A stretch of DNA of 64,000 bases. Source: an uncultured delta proteobacterium (GTDB lineage: Bacteria; Myxococcota_A; Polyangia; Polyangiales; Polyangiaceae). Each line of letters starts with the position of its first letter. The stretch's first letter is position 1. The notes beneath the pieces were generated by a model. The model was not told the origin of the DNA. It saw nothing but the letters and a program-made list of their open reading frames with translations, and made no database searches. Below are positions 34,850 through 45,598 of the stretch, piece by piece. The stretch lies in the NCBI GenBank assembly GCA_963716725.1, contig CAVQUB010000013.1, positions 32,001 to 96,000 on the forward strand, given 5' to 3'. The position numbers and the translations under genes were made by a program.

Positions 34850-35635
34850 ATGTCGCAGCGTTGGCGTGCCCTGCTTCTGCTCTTGTGTTGCCTCTCTCCG
34901 CTCGTCATGACGGTGGCGTGCAAGAACGAGCAGAACGCGCCTAGCAGTGAAGACCCCACGGGAGCGAAACCCACGAGTCAGGAGCTCCCCCCTCTCGAGG
35001 TCAAGGACGACACGCCGAAGCTGCTGCTCACCTGGATCGACGAGAAGGGAGATTTTCACGTCGTGCAGAAGGTGGCCGAAGTGCCCGAGGCGGGTCGTGC
35101 CGCTGTACGCGTGGTGAGCACCACCCGAGAGGAGGGCAGCGGCAAGCTGGTATACGTGGCCGACCTCTCGAAGAAGAACCCCGACGGCACCTATCCGGTC
35201 AAGGTCATCCCGCGCTCGGACTGGGACGAGAAGGGCGCGAGCCGCCGCAAGGCCCGCCTTGAAGCGCTGGCACCGCCGCCGAGCGCTACGGCGCCCCCGT
35301 CGGCCGTCGCCTCCGGTTCCGCTGCGCCCGGCCCCGCGCCGACCGTGCCCAAGTTCACGGGCAACAAGGTGGTCGCCATCGTCTACGGTGCCGAGTGGTG
35401 CAAGCCCTGCCACGATGCAGCTGCGTACTTGAAGCAGCGAGGCGTGACCGTGGTCGAGAAGGACGTGGACGCCGACGAAAGCGCGCAGGCCGAGATGCAG
35501 AAGAAGCTCGAGCGCGTGAAGATGCCCGGGGCGTCCATCCCCGTGATCGACGTCATGGGTCAGATCTTGGTGGGCTACAGCCCCCGAGCGCTCGAACGAG
35601 CGGTCGAGACCGCCAAGAACGCCAAGACGCTGTGA
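34850..35635 (+). CDS. Lipoprotein with C-terminal glutaredoxin-like domain
   Basis: WCKPC; IPVIDV; lipobox VAC. Confidence 0.85.
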   Translation: MSQRWRALLLLLCCLSPLVMTVACKNEQNAPSSEDPTGAKPTSQELPPLEVKDDTPKLLLTWIDEKGDFHVVQKVAEVPEAGRAAVRVVSTTREEGSGKLVYVADLSKKNPDGTYPVKVIPRSDWDEKGASRRKARLEALAPPPSATAPPSAVASGSAAPGPAPTVPKFTGNKVVAIVYGAEWCKPCHDAAAYLKQRGVTVVEKDVDADESAQAEMQKKLERVKMPGASIPVIDVMGQILVGYSPRALERAVETAKNAKTL

Positions 35636-36612
35636 AGGACGACACGGCCAAGAAGCTCGAGCGGATCTGGCCCTGGATCCCCGCGTTTCGCGCCGTCGCT
35701 GAGACCGAACACCTGCCGACGGCGGCGGCGCGCCTGCACCTGAGCGCCTCCGCCCTCTCGCGCAGCGTGAAGCTCGTAGAAGAAGCCCTGGGGGAAGAGC
35801 TGTTCGTGCGCGGCTCGCGACGCATCACGCTGAACCATGCAGGACAGCGCCTGCTCGATGCCATCCGGCGCAGCGTCTCGTCGCTCGAGCACACACTGCA
35901 CGGGGTGCTCTCCCGGGACTTCACCGGCAGCTACCGCGTCGCGTCGCTGGGCGTGCTGACGGATTACTTCGTGCTGCCGGCGCTCTTGGACGTGCAGCGC
36001 GATCGCCCGCTGGTGGTGCCGTGCATGACCACGCTGTCGTCGAAGGAGGCCAATCGCCAGTTGGCGAGCGGGCAGGTCGAAGTCGCATTCTACTACGACG
36101 CCACCTCGATGCCGGGCATCGCCTGCCGGCGCATCGGGGCACTATCCAACTCCCTGTACTGCGGCAAGGCGCACCCGCTCTTCACGGAAAAGACGGTGAC
36201 GCTCGCGACCATCGCGGACCACGAGCTCAGCGTCGCGGGCATCGGGGATCGCGGCACGCCGATGGATGGTTGGCCCGTGGAGGTCCCGCGCAAGGTCGGC
36301 TTTCAGATCACGATGCTCTCGACGAATTTGCGGGTGGCGCTGTCTGGCAGGTTCGTCTGCGTGCTGCCAGACGTGGTCGCCGAGGCCGACTTCCGCGCGG
36401 GCAGGCTTCGGCGTTTGCCGCCCACGCCCGTCCCGGACACCGATGTGTTCGCCGCCTGCCGGGCCGAAGACGCGCAGTCGAGCTTCACGGCCGACGTGAT
36501 CCAGCGGGTCGAGCGCGCCTTCGCCCGAGTCCCGCGGCCGGGGCCGGCACCGGCACCGGGACCGGGACGGACAGCCGCGCGCGGCGCCCGGAAACAGCCG
36601 CGAAAACGCTGA
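35632..36612 (+). CDS. LysR family transcriptional regulator
   Basis: AAARLHLSASALSRSVKLVEEALGEELFVR HTH; GTG overlapping the upstream TGA. Confidence 0.9.
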   Translation: MKDDTAKKLERIWPWIPAFRAVAETEHLPTAAARLHLSASALSRSVKLVEEALGEELFVRGSRRITLNHAGQRLLDAIRRSVSSLEHTLHGVLSRDFTGSYRVASLGVLTDYFVLPALLDVQRDRPLVVPCMTTLSSKEANRQLASGQVEVAFYYDATSMPGIACRRIGALSNSLYCGKAHPLFTEKTVTLATIADHELSVAGIGDRGTPMDGWPVEVPRKVGFQITMLSTNLRVALSGRFVCVLPDVVAEADFRAGRLRRLPPTPVPDTDVFAACRAEDAQSSFTADVIQRVERAFARVPRPGPAPAPGPGRTAARGARKQPRKR

Positions 36613-36634
36613 TCGTTCCAGCAGACTGAACGAT
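36612..36634. promoter_or_regulatory. Putative LysR box
   Basis: Perfect IR ATCGTTC-N9-GAACGAT containing T-N11-A. Confidence 0.55.
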
Positions 36635-36687
36635 ATGTGGCGATCATTCTGATGGTCGCGGGCCCCCGTTGGCCCCAAGCTTCGAGC

Positions 36688-37431
36688 ATGACCACCCCGA
36701 AGATCGTCACCCGCCGCGCTGCCCTCGGCGCCTTCGCCACCAGTGTCGTTGCCGTGGGCTGCGGTGGCGCGCAGGAGGCCGGTTCCAAGGGCGCCGGCGG
36801 CGGAGGCGGGAGTGCGGGCGCGGGCGGGAGCGCGGGCGCGGGCGGAAGCGCGGGCGCGGGCGCGGGTGGCAGCGGCGGCGCCTCGAGCGGCGGAGCCGGC
36901 GGCGGCCTCGCGGAGTGCAAGCTGACCGGCCCGACCCCCGGCTGCAAGGTCACGGACGACAACATCTTGGGACCATTCTACAAGGCGGACGCGCCGTTCC
37001 GCACCGACATCACCGAGGGCAGCGTCGGAACCGTGCTCCGGGTCAAGGGAAAGATCTACGGTTGCGACTGCGAGACGCCGCTGGCAGACGCGGTCGTCGA
37101 CATCTGGCAGGCCGACGATTCAGGCGCCTATGACAACACCGGCTTCGTGCTTCGAGGTCGCGTGAAGACGGACGCCGAGGGTCGCTACGAAGTACGGACG
37201 ATCATGCCGGGGCTCTACCTCAACGGGAGCACGTATCGGCCGCGCCACGTACACTACAAGGTGAGTCATCCGGACGGCGCGGCGCTGACGACACAACTCT
37301 ACTTCGAGGGAGATCCCTGGATCCCGACGGATGCCTTCGTCAAGGCGTCGCTGGTGCGGCCGCTCAGCGAGTCCGTCGGCGCCGGCGGCGCGAAGGAGTA
37401 CGACGTGAGCTTCGACGTGGTGCTCGGTTGA
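36688..37431 (+). CDS. Intradiol ring-cleavage dioxygenase-like protein, Tat lipoprotein
   Basis: TRRAALG Tat motif; GPFY, DIWQADDSGAY, RPRHVH, TTQLYF. Confidence 0.88.
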   Translation: MTTPKIVTRRAALGAFATSVVAVGCGGAQEAGSKGAGGGGGSAGAGGSAGAGGSAGAGAGGSGGASSGGAGGGLAECKLTGPTPGCKVTDDNILGPFYKADAPFRTDITEGSVGTVLRVKGKIYGCDCETPLADAVVDIWQADDSGAYDNTGFVLRGRVKTDAEGRYEVRTIMPGLYLNGSTYRPRHVHYKVSHPDGAALTTQLYFEGDPWIPTDAFVKASLVRPLSESVGAGGAKEYDVSFDVVLG

Positions 37432-37432
37432 G

Positions 37433-38536
37433 TCAGAAGCCCTGCGCCCGCAGGTACTTCACCAGCTCGACGTAGAGCTCCTTGTGCTTGAACTGGTTTC
37501 CGATCCCAGGTGAATCCCCGAACAGTTGACCCACTTCGTCCAGGTGATCGGCGGGAACACACCCCAAAAAAGTGCCCCAGCGCGCGTCCTTGACGCGCAC
37601 CAACCCGTCATTGACGTCCGGCTGCCCGAGCCCACCGTCCAGGTACGCCTCGCTCGCGAAGAGCAATGCGTCGACTGGGTCGGCTTCGAGCTTCCACTTC
37701 TCGACGAAGGGCACGCTCTCGTCCGGCTTGCACTCCGACCCGCCCAGCTTGAAGTCGCTGCGACCGGTGAGTGACCAGTACCGCACCGCAGCGCGATCCG
37801 TGTACTGGGCGTTGAACGCGGCGATGCCCGCCTTCGAGAACAACTCGAGCGGCTTCCAGATCGACGTCTTCTTTCCGGCGGCGTCCCAGAGCGCGTAGCC
37901 GATCTGCTTCACCAACCAGTCCACGACGTCCTTCGCTCCAGGATCCGAGACCACGCCGACCAGCACGTCGGCGATGGGCGTGCCGCCGTGCGGCGTCGCA
38001 AACGTGGTCACGCTCGCGATCAGATCGGGACGCTCGTGCGCGACGACGCGGGCGTCGAGGCCACCCTGGGAGTGGCCGATGAGGTTCACCTTTCCGTGAC
38101 CGGTCTTGGCCAAGATCTTCTCGATCTCGGCTTCGAGCTGGGCCCCGCGATGCGTCGAGTCGTTGAAGGGGTCCACGGCTGGGGTGAACACCAGCAGCTC
38201 GCCCTTGGCGGCCAGCTCTTGCTTCACCTGGTAGAAGTAGGTGATGGCGTCGAGCCCCGCGAACTTCTCGAAGCCGAAGAACCCGTGGGCCAAGACCACC
38301 GGGTAGGGCGGGCCGAGCAGCACCGCGGAATCCGCGTCCACCCCTCCGTCCTGGTGACCGCCCACCGCTGAGTGCCCTCCGGTCGGGAGGCTGCCCCCGG
38401 CGCCCGCGGCGCCCGCCACTCCCCCCGTCGACGCGCCGCCGCCAGTCCCGGAATACCCCTCCTCCGCCGCGTCGCTCCCGCCACAGGCGCTGACCCAGAC
38501 CAGCGCGAGACCCGAGGCGATCCACATCCAGCGCAT
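37433..38536 (-). CDS. Triacylglycerol lipase (family I-like) lipoprotein
   Basis: YPVVLAHG, GHSQGG, NDGLV, DHLDEVGQ. Confidence 0.92.
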   Translation of the reverse strand: MRWMWIASGLALVWVSACGGSDAAEEGYSGTGGGASTGGVAGAAGAGGSLPTGGHSAVGGHQDGGVDADSAVLLGPPYPVVLAHGFFGFEKFAGLDAITYFYQVKQELAAKGELLVFTPAVDPFNDSTHRGAQLEAEIEKILAKTGHGKVNLIGHSQGGLDARVVAHERPDLIASVTTFATPHGGTPIADVLVGVVSDPGAKDVVDWLVKQIGYALWDAAGKKTSIWKPLELFSKAGIAAFNAQYTDRAAVRYWSLTGRSDFKLGGSECKPDESVPFVEKWKLEADPVDALLFASEAYLDGGLGQPDVNDGLVRVKDARWGTFLGCVPADHLDEVGQLFGDSPGIGNQFKHKELYVELVKYLRAQGF

Positions 38537-38615
38537 CGACGGAAGCTTCTCCGATGCCGTCATCGAGGTCAAACCCGCTTGACGGCGGGGCCGCCGGACC
38601 TATGCGCACCACGTC

Positions 38616-39524
38616 ATGCACGGTGGGAACGGAGTTCGGCCAGGCTACTCGATCAGAGTCGCGTCTCGCCTTACTGGGCTGTCTTCCGACACGCTCCGGA
38701 TGTGGGAGCGCCGCTACGGGTTCCCGAAGCCCGATCGCAACCCGGCCGGTGTTCGGGTCTACACGCAAGAGCACGTCGAGCGATTGATGCTCGTGGCGCG
38801 GACGCTGAAGGCGGGCTACCGCGCCGGAGAAGTCGTGAGCCGGAGTCGCGACGAACTGTCCGATCTCCTGGCATCGACGGCGAACACCGGGCTCAAGACC
38901 GGCGTTCTGCCCTCTTCCGTCGAGTCGCTCTTGCGTCACCTCGAGCGCGACGACGTGCCGGCGTTGGTAGTCGAGATCCGGCAGAACCTGGCAACCCTGG
39001 GACCCAAGCGCTTCGTCGTCGAGGTCTGCTCACCGCTGGTCGAGCGCGTCGGCGAGGCCTGGGCGGTTCGCGAGCTCGAGATCCGGCACGAGCACATGCT
39101 GAGCGCCGTGCTCGCGACGCAGCTCCGCTTGATGCTCTCGACCTACGAAGGCGCGACTGCGCAACCGGTCGTGTTGCTCGCGACGCTTCCTGGCGAGCAC
39201 CACGCGCTGGGCATGGAGATGGCCGCCCTGTACCTGGCTCTCTCCGGCGCCACCCCGCGGCTGCTGGGGGTCGACTCCCCGCCGGATCAGATCGTGAGCG
39301 CTGCCCGGCATGCACGAGCGAGGGTCATTGGCATCAGCATCTCTGCGAGCGCGAAGCTCGACGCGGTGACCGAAGACCTGGAGTGGCTGCTGCGCGAGAC
39401 GGACGACGACACGCGGGTTTGGCTGGGAGGCAGGCGATCCAAGAGCGTGGCGCTGATCCATCCGCGGCTGGATCGGCTTCCAACCTGGGATGACCTCGAC
39501 GGCGCGCTGGCCCGGCTGAACTGA
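38616..39524 (+). CDS. MerR-HTH plus cobalamin-binding regulator (CarH/CarA-like)
   Basis: TLRMWERRYG; W-x9-EH; GEHHALG; GISIS. Confidence 0.9.
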   Translation: MHGGNGVRPGYSIRVASRLTGLSSDTLRMWERRYGFPKPDRNPAGVRVYTQEHVERLMLVARTLKAGYRAGEVVSRSRDELSDLLASTANTGLKTGVLPSSVESLLRHLERDDVPALVVEIRQNLATLGPKRFVVEVCSPLVERVGEAWAVRELEIRHEHMLSAVLATQLRLMLSTYEGATAQPVVLLATLPGEHHALGMEMAALYLALSGATPRLLGVDSPPDQIVSAARHARARVIGISISASAKLDAVTEDLEWLLRETDDDTRVWLGGRRSKSVALIHPRLDRLPTWDDLDGALARLN

Positions 39525-39569
39525 CAAGGCAGGCGCGGAGGCCTCCCCGACGATGTATCGTCGGCGCCG

Positions 39570-40899
39570 ATGCTCAGCGTCTCGTGCTTCGACGGGCTCC
39601 CCGGCCCGACCCACAGCCACGCGGGGCTGTCGCCGGGCAACCTCGCGGCGGCCCAGCACGCCGGGCAGACCGGAAACCCCAAGGCCGCCGCCCACGAGAG
39701 CCTGGCCAAGATGCGCACCCTCCGGGGCCTGGGCGTCTCGCAAGGCCTGCTCCCGCCCCAGGTGCGACCTCAGGTGGTTGCCCTGCGCCGCCTGGGCTTC
39801 TCGGGCAGCGACGCCGAAGTGATCGCGCACGCCGCCCGCACCGACGACGGATACTTCTTGCGGCTCGCATCTAGCGCCTCGGCCATGTGGACCGCAAACG
39901 CGGCCACCGTCGCCCCCTCATGCGACACGCCCGACGGCCGCGTCCACCTGACCGTCGCGAATCTTGCGAGCAATTTCCATCGCAGCTTGGAGGCTCCAAC
40001 GACGTTGCGGGTCCTCAACTCGATCTTCTCGGACGCGCGCCACTTCGTCGTGCACGAACCGCTGCCCACGAACGACCTCTGGGCTGATGAAGGGGCGGCG
40101 AACCACATCCGACTGGAGACGTCGCGGTCGAGCGCTCACCTCTTCTGCTGGGGCCGGACGGCGTTGGGCACCGCCGCTGCGCCAAGCAAACACCCGACCC
40201 GGCAGACCCTGGAGGCAAGCCGCGCACTGGCCCGCCTGCACGGCATCTCGGAGGCCCAAGCGCTGTTTCCCCAGCAGGATCCCGCAGGGATCGACGCCGG
40301 AGCGTTCCACACCGACGTGCTCGCGGTCGGGCTGGACCGCTTCTTGATGCTTCACGAACGCGCTTTCGTCGAGGTCGAAGCCGTGATCGACGAACTGCGA
40401 GCCAAGCTCGGCGGCGAGCTGGTGGTGGCGCTGGCGCGGGAAGCCGACGTGCCGCTGACCGAGGCGGTGAACACCTATCTCTTCAACAGCGAACTGTGCG
40501 CCCTCGACGGCGGCCGTCTCGCGTTGGTAGCACCGCGGCAGGCCGAGCGCTCCGAGTCGACGCGGCGGTTCTTGGACCGGCTCGTCGCCGAGCCCACCCC
40601 GGTCGACCGCATCGTGTATGCGGATTCTGTCCGCCTCCATGAAGAACGGCGGTGGCCCGGCCTGCCTGCGCCTCGCGGTCCCGCTCACTCTCGAAGAGCG
40701 CGCGGCGGTCCGCGGTCGCGTGTTCCTGGACGACGGTCTCGACCGCGAGCTGATCGCGTGGGTCGACAAGCACTACCGGGACCGCCTGGCTCTGGACGAT
40801 CTCGCCGATCCCGCGCTCTACGCCGAGTGCCTGACGGCGCTCGACGAGCTGACGGCGCTCTTGGAGCTCGGCTCCGTCTACGACTTCCAGCGGGTCTGA
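39570..40899 (+). CDS. astB: N-succinylarginine dihydrolase (frameshift at ~40626)
   Basis: [59 protein letters not shown]. Confidence 0.92.
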
Positions 40900-40903
40900 C
40901 CGC

Positions 40904-42982
40904 TCAGGGACACCAGACGAGCGCGCCCGAGGCGAGGCCCACCAGCGCTGCGCGGCGCGCTGCCCGCGCGTCGAAGGTCGCGCCGCGGACGCCCACCTGC
41001 ATCAATCGCCGCAACGAGACGCCCGGACGGGCCGCCTCGAGGGCAGCTGCCTCTTCTCGAGGCAGGGCCAGAACTCGCCCACTTTCCCACGCGAGCTGCA
41101 GCGTTCCGCCGCGCTCGACGGTCTCGATCACGTTCGCGACCTCGTCCGCCGAGTAGGCGGTGAGCAGCGCGCTGGCGATGAAGGCCAGAGGCTCGGCGAA
41201 GTGCAGCGGGTCCTCGCCGTGACGAGCGCCGCCCACGAAGGAGAGCTCGCCGACGCGGAATCGGAACAGCGCCACGAGGCGCCGCCACGCCTGCTCGCGC
41301 AACGCGGCGTCGATGCGTTCGGCAGTGCAGAGCCCGAGATTCACGAGGCGCGTCCCCAGCCTCTCTCCCCTTCGCCAGGCGCTCTCGACCGCGCCATCGA
41401 CCTGCTTTCGAGGCAGACCATCCACCTCGCCCAGTCGCGAGCCGAGCAATTCGCGCGGATCGGTCGACGACGAATACACGGGCGCGCCGTCGACGAACCA
41501 GAGTCGAACCTGCTCGCTCCCGCGACGCGCACACAGCATGCCGGTGCGCCTTCGCCGCGTGATGTCGAAGACGAGCCCCGGGGTGTGTTCCAGCCGCACG
41601 GCCCAGCGTTCGTTGGTGTGCAGCGCGATGGGCTCGTGGAAGCGGTAAGCGGGGCGAGCCAACATGCGCCCGAGCTCGACCATGGTGGGCACCGCCATGA
41701 AGGCCCCACCGCTCCGGGACACCGCGGCGTCGATCGCCAGCCGACCCGTCGCCAGCATCTCCAGCACCTCGGCCAGCGCCAGCGGGCCGAGCACCGCGCC
41801 GCCGGAACGCTGGATTCGGTAGGTCACCTCGTTCGATCGCGGAACGCTCACCGCGTGGGCGAGCAGGTCGGGCACATCGCTGTCGTTTTCGGGACACAGC
41901 TCCCGGATCGCTTCCAGAATCGACGCCGGCGGAGCCTCACTTTCGCCCGCGACCAGCGCGACGGTCTCGATGAACTCTTCGCTACGAGGTCGCCGTCTCG
42001 GCTCCATCGAGACGGGCTTCTGCCGCACGTCACTCGACAGGGCGAGGAGCCCGAGATCTTCTAGCCACTCACAGAGCACGTGGGCGCCCAGGGAAACCCC
42101 CAGCTCTGCCGCTGCGTCCTCGATGGCGTCGCTGAGCTCCGTCGCGGACTGGTAGCGCTGCTCCGGCCAGCGCGACAGACCCTTGATCACGATCTCGCGG
42201 ACCACCGGCGGGATGTGCCCGCCGTCGGTGCGGAGGCGACGCAGGTTGCCGCGCTGCAAGCTCTGCAGCACCTCCAGCTCGGAGTCGCCCGCGAAGAGCG
42301 GCTGGCACAAGAGCAACTCGGCGAGCACCACCGACAGCGAGAAGAGATCGCTCCGGCCGTCCAGCGGCATGCCGAGCGCTTGCTCCGGCGAAACGTAGCC
42401 GACCTTGCCCTTGAGCTCTCCCGGCACCGTTCGCACGTCGATCAGAGTCGATCGCACAATGCCAAAGTCACCGAGCTTCACTTGGCCCATGCGCCCGACG
42501 AGGATGTTGCTCGGCGCCACGTCGCGGTGGACGATGCCCATCGGCAGCCCGTCGTCGTCGGTGGCGCGGTGCACGTACGCGAGGGCGTGCACCACGTCGC
42601 GCACGATGGTCAATGCGGGACCGAGTTCCACCGTACGCTTGCGCGCCGCCACCCGCGCGATGAGATCGGCGCCGGACAGCCCGTCGACGTATTCAAGGGC
42701 GATGAAGGGCACGCCATCGTGCTCGCCGAAGTCGAAGACCTCCACCAAGCTCGGGTGGCTGAGCGCCGCCTGAATGCGCGCCTCGTCGCAGAACATGGCC
42801 ACTAGGCGGGGGTCGTGGGCGAGCTGCGGCAAGATGCGCTTGATAGCGACGCGCTTCTGGAAGCCATGCAGTCCCTCGCGACGCGCCACGAAGACCTCCG
42901 CCATGCCGCCCACCCCGAGCAGTCGCTCGACGACGTAGTCCCCGAACCTCTCGGGACGCGCTTCAGCAGAGACCGGACGCAT
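40904..42982 (-). CDS. Ser/Thr protein kinase with C-terminal DUF4388-like domain
   Basis: GVGGMAEV, HRDVAPSN, DFG, GKVGYVSPE. Confidence 0.92.
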   Translation of the reverse strand: MRPVSAEARPERFGDYVVERLLGVGGMAEVFVARREGLHGFQKRVAIKRILPQLAHDPRLVAMFCDEARIQAALSHPSLVEVFDFGEHDGVPFIALEYVDGLSGADLIARVAARKRTVELGPALTIVRDVVHALAYVHRATDDDGLPMGIVHRDVAPSNILVGRMGQVKLGDFGIVRSTLIDVRTVPGELKGKVGYVSPEQALGMPLDGRSDLFSLSVVLAELLLCQPLFAGDSELEVLQSLQRGNLRRLRTDGGHIPPVVREIVIKGLSRWPEQRYQSATELSDAIEDAAAELGVSLGAHVLCEWLEDLGLLALSSDVRQKPVSMEPRRRPRSEEFIETVALVAGESEAPPASILEAIRELCPENDSDVPDLLAHAVSVPRSNEVTYRIQRSGGAVLGPLALAEVLEMLATGRLAIDAAVSRSGGAFMAVPTMVELGRMLARPAYRFHEPIALHTNERWAVRLEHTPGLVFDITRRRRTGMLCARRGSEQVRLWFVDGAPVYSSSTDPRELLGSRLGEVDGLPRKQVDGAVESAWRRGERLGTRLVNLGLCTAERIDAALREQAWRRLVALFRFRVGELSFVGGARHGEDPLHFAEPLAFIASALLTAYSADEVANVIETVERGGTLQLAWESGRVLALPREEAAALEAARPGVSLRRLMQVGVRGATFDARAARRAALVGLASGALVWCP

Positions 42983-43097
42983 GGATACCAGCTTCAGACT
43001 ACCTCAATTGCGCGCCTCATACGCGCGCTCCGTGCGTCGCCTGCCAGCGCCCCCCGAAATGAGAAGGATGAAGTGCGCGGGAGTGTGCGCTGTCCCT

Positions 43098-44099
43098 TCA
43101 GCGTGCGCTGAGTCGGCACACGTGGGGCTTGTGGTCGAAGTAAAGCGTCTCGCTGACCTGCGCGTGGGCGCCGCTCAGGCCGGCGACCCAGCAATTTCCG
43201 ACGAAAGCGTCGCTCGAGACATGGTCGATGTTGAAGAGTCCACCGTAAGTCGCCGGCGCGTCCTGCCCGACCCGGGTGACGAAGCGTTGCTTCTTCCCGG
43301 GACCCGTCTGTTCGGTCAAGAACGCCGCGCTCTCGTCGAAGTCGGCCATGCGAACCGGATCGGTGTTGAAGTCCCCGAGCACGACGTTGCGCTCGCCGTT
43401 CGCCGCGGGAGCGCCGTCGCCCATGTCGATGAATACGAGCCCGAACTGCTTCAGCCGACAGTCTTGGTCGTCCTGGGCGATCCCTGACGACCCGTGCACG
43501 TTGACCACCGTGATGCTCCCGCCGGCCTCGAGCTCGACCACGCCCCTCCCGATCCGCGAGCCTTTGCCGCAACCGGGCACCTCGGCGCCGTCGAGGCCGT
43601 CCAGGCACAGATCCGCCGCGCAGCCCTGGAAGGTCCCGGTGCTCTTGCGCACGGCCAGGCACTTGTCGGAGTGCCCTTGGTGGCAGGCGACCTGAAAACC
43701 CTGCCCGAGAATCAGCTGCGCCACGCTGGCATCCCCGGGCTTCCAGCTCTCGCAGACGAACCCGGGCTTCGCTTCATCCGGCACGGTGGCACAGTCGCCG
43801 GGGTGAAAGATCTCTTGGAAGCCGACGATGTCGACAGGGTTTGCCTCGAACCACCGCCGCGTGTCGTCGATGACCTCGAGCCACGCCAGACCGTCGCCGT
43901 AGTACTGATCGGAGATCTTCGCCTGGGCCACGCCGTAGCCGTCGTCCGGCAGCGCGTCGTGACCCATGCCCGCAGTGGTGCCGGTGTTGAAGGTCGCCAC
44001 CACGAAGGCGGGCTTGACCGGAGCATCGTCGTCGCCGGAACAACCGGCGAGCGTCAGCGCGAGCGCGATGGCAGCGCGAGCTCGCGGCCGCGGCGTCAT
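43098..44099 (-). CDS. Endonuclease/exonuclease/phosphatase family lipoprotein
   Basis: TFN, FQE, GDFN, IDHV, DH motifs; lipobox LAGC. Confidence 0.85.
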   Translation of the reverse strand: MTPRPRARAAIALALTLAGCSGDDDAPVKPAFVVATFNTGTTAGMGHDALPDDGYGVAQAKISDQYYGDGLAWLEVIDDTRRWFEANPVDIVGFQEIFHPGDCATVPDEAKPGFVCESWKPGDASVAQLILGQGFQVACHQGHSDKCLAVRKSTGTFQGCAADLCLDGLDGAEVPGCGKGSRIGRGVVELEAGGSITVVNVHGSSGIAQDDQDCRLKQFGLVFIDMGDGAPAANGERNVVLGDFNTDPVRMADFDESAAFLTEQTGPGKKQRFVTRVGQDAPATYGGLFNIDHVSSDAFVGNCWVAGLSGAHAQVSETLYFDHKPHVCRLSAR

Positions 44100-45364
44100 G
44101 CCGGGAGCCCGGGAGCCGGGAAGGACTTGCACAAATCCTTGACCTCAGCCGCGATGCGCCCGAGCAACTTCTCGTCGTCGGGTGCCGCCACGACCTGGTC
44201 CATCCACGCCGCGAGCTTCAGCATCTCGTCCTTGCCCATGCCCCGCGAGGTGATGGCCGGCGTACCGATGCGCAGCCCCGACGGATCGAAGGGCTTGCGC
44301 GGGTCGAAGGGGATCGAGTTGTAGTTGCCGACGATGCCGGCCCGGTCGAGGGCCTTGGCCGCCACCTTGCCGGGCAGGTTCTTGGGCGTGAGGTCGATCA
44401 GCATCAGGTGGTTGTCGGTGCCGCCGGTGACGAGGCGAAAGCCGCGACCCGCCAGGGCCTCGGCCAGGACCTTGGCGTTGTCGACGATGTTCTGGGCGTA
44501 GCGCTTGAACTCGGGCGAAAGCGCCTCCTTCACCGCGACCGCGATGCCCGCCGTGGTGTGGTTGTGCGGTCCACCCTGCAGCCCCGGGAACACGGCTCGG
44601 TCGATGTCCTTCGCGTGCTCCGCCTTGCACATGATCATGCCGCCGCGCGGACCGCGCAGGGTCTTGTGCGTCGTGGTCGTGATCACGTCGGCGAGGCCGA
44701 CCGGCGAGGGATGCACGCCGCCAGCGACGAGACCCGCGATGTGCGCGATGTCCGCACACAACTTGGCTCCGACCTCGCCGGCGATCTCCCGGAACTCTGC
44801 GAAGGCCAGCGTGCGCGGGTAGGCGGTGGTGCCACACCAGATGATCTTCGGCTTGTGCTCCCGGGCCAGGGCGCGCACCTGGTCGAGGTCGATGCGTTGA
44901 TCGCTCTCACGGACGCCGTAGGGCACGCTCTTGAAGTACTTGCCGGTGATGCTGACGGTGTGCCCGTGGGTCAGGTGGCCGCCTGCGGGCAGGCCGAGCC
45001 CCATGATCGTGTCGTGGGGCTGACAGAACGCCAGATACACGGCCAGGTTCGCAGGGCTGCCGCTGTACGGCTGCACGTTCACGTGCTCGGCGCCGAACAG
45101 CTCCTTCGCCCGCGCGATGGCGAGCTCCTCGACGGCGTCGATGACCTGCTGTCCTTCGTAGTAGCGCTTGCCGGGGTAGCCCTCGGAGTACTTGTTGGTC
45201 AGGACCGATCCGGTCGCCTCGAGCACCGCGCGCGACACGTAGTTCTCGCTCGGGATCAGGCGCAGCGTGTCGGCCTCCCGGCGTTCCTCGTCGGCGATGA
45301 GTCGGGCGATCTCGGGGTCGGTTTGGGCGAGGGAAGGGTCGTGATGCGCAGCAGCCGCGGTCAT
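44096..45364 (-). CDS. glyA: Serine hydroxymethyltransferase
   Basis: [39 protein letters not shown]. Confidence 0.97.
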   Translation of the reverse strand: MTAAAAHHDPSLAQTDPEIARLIADEERREADTLRLIPSENYVSRAVLEATGSVLTNKYSEGYPGKRYYEGQQVIDAVEELAIARAKELFGAEHVNVQPYSGSPANLAVYLAFCQPHDTIMGLGLPAGGHLTHGHTVSITGKYFKSVPYGVRESDQRIDLDQVRALAREHKPKIIWCGTTAYPRTLAFAEFREIAGEVGAKLCADIAHIAGLVAGGVHPSPVGLADVITTTTHKTLRGPRGGMIMCKAEHAKDIDRAVFPGLQGGPHNHTTAGIAVAVKEALSPEFKRYAQNIVDNAKVLAEALAGRGFRLVTGGTDNHLMLIDLTPKNLPGKVAAKALDRAGIVGNYNSIPFDPRKPFDPSGLRIGTPAITSRGMGKDEMLKLAAWMDQVVAAPDDEKLLGRIAAEVKDLCKSFPAPGLPA

Positions 45365-45598
45365 GGTGCCGATGGCATAAGCTCGATCCCGCCCCGCGCA
45401 AAGCCGAGCCGAACGCGGCCACCCGCCCAGGCCACCGCCCCAAGTCGTGGCAAGCACAAAGGAAATCGGCTAGGATTCGGATCTTGGCCCTGGCTCTCGA
45501 CGCGGGGATTTCGGTGAATACACTCCCGCGCTCGCGGGTTCCCTCGGGAGCCCGCAGTGATAGCGGGTCTGCACAGGATCTGAGAGGCGAGCGAAGCG

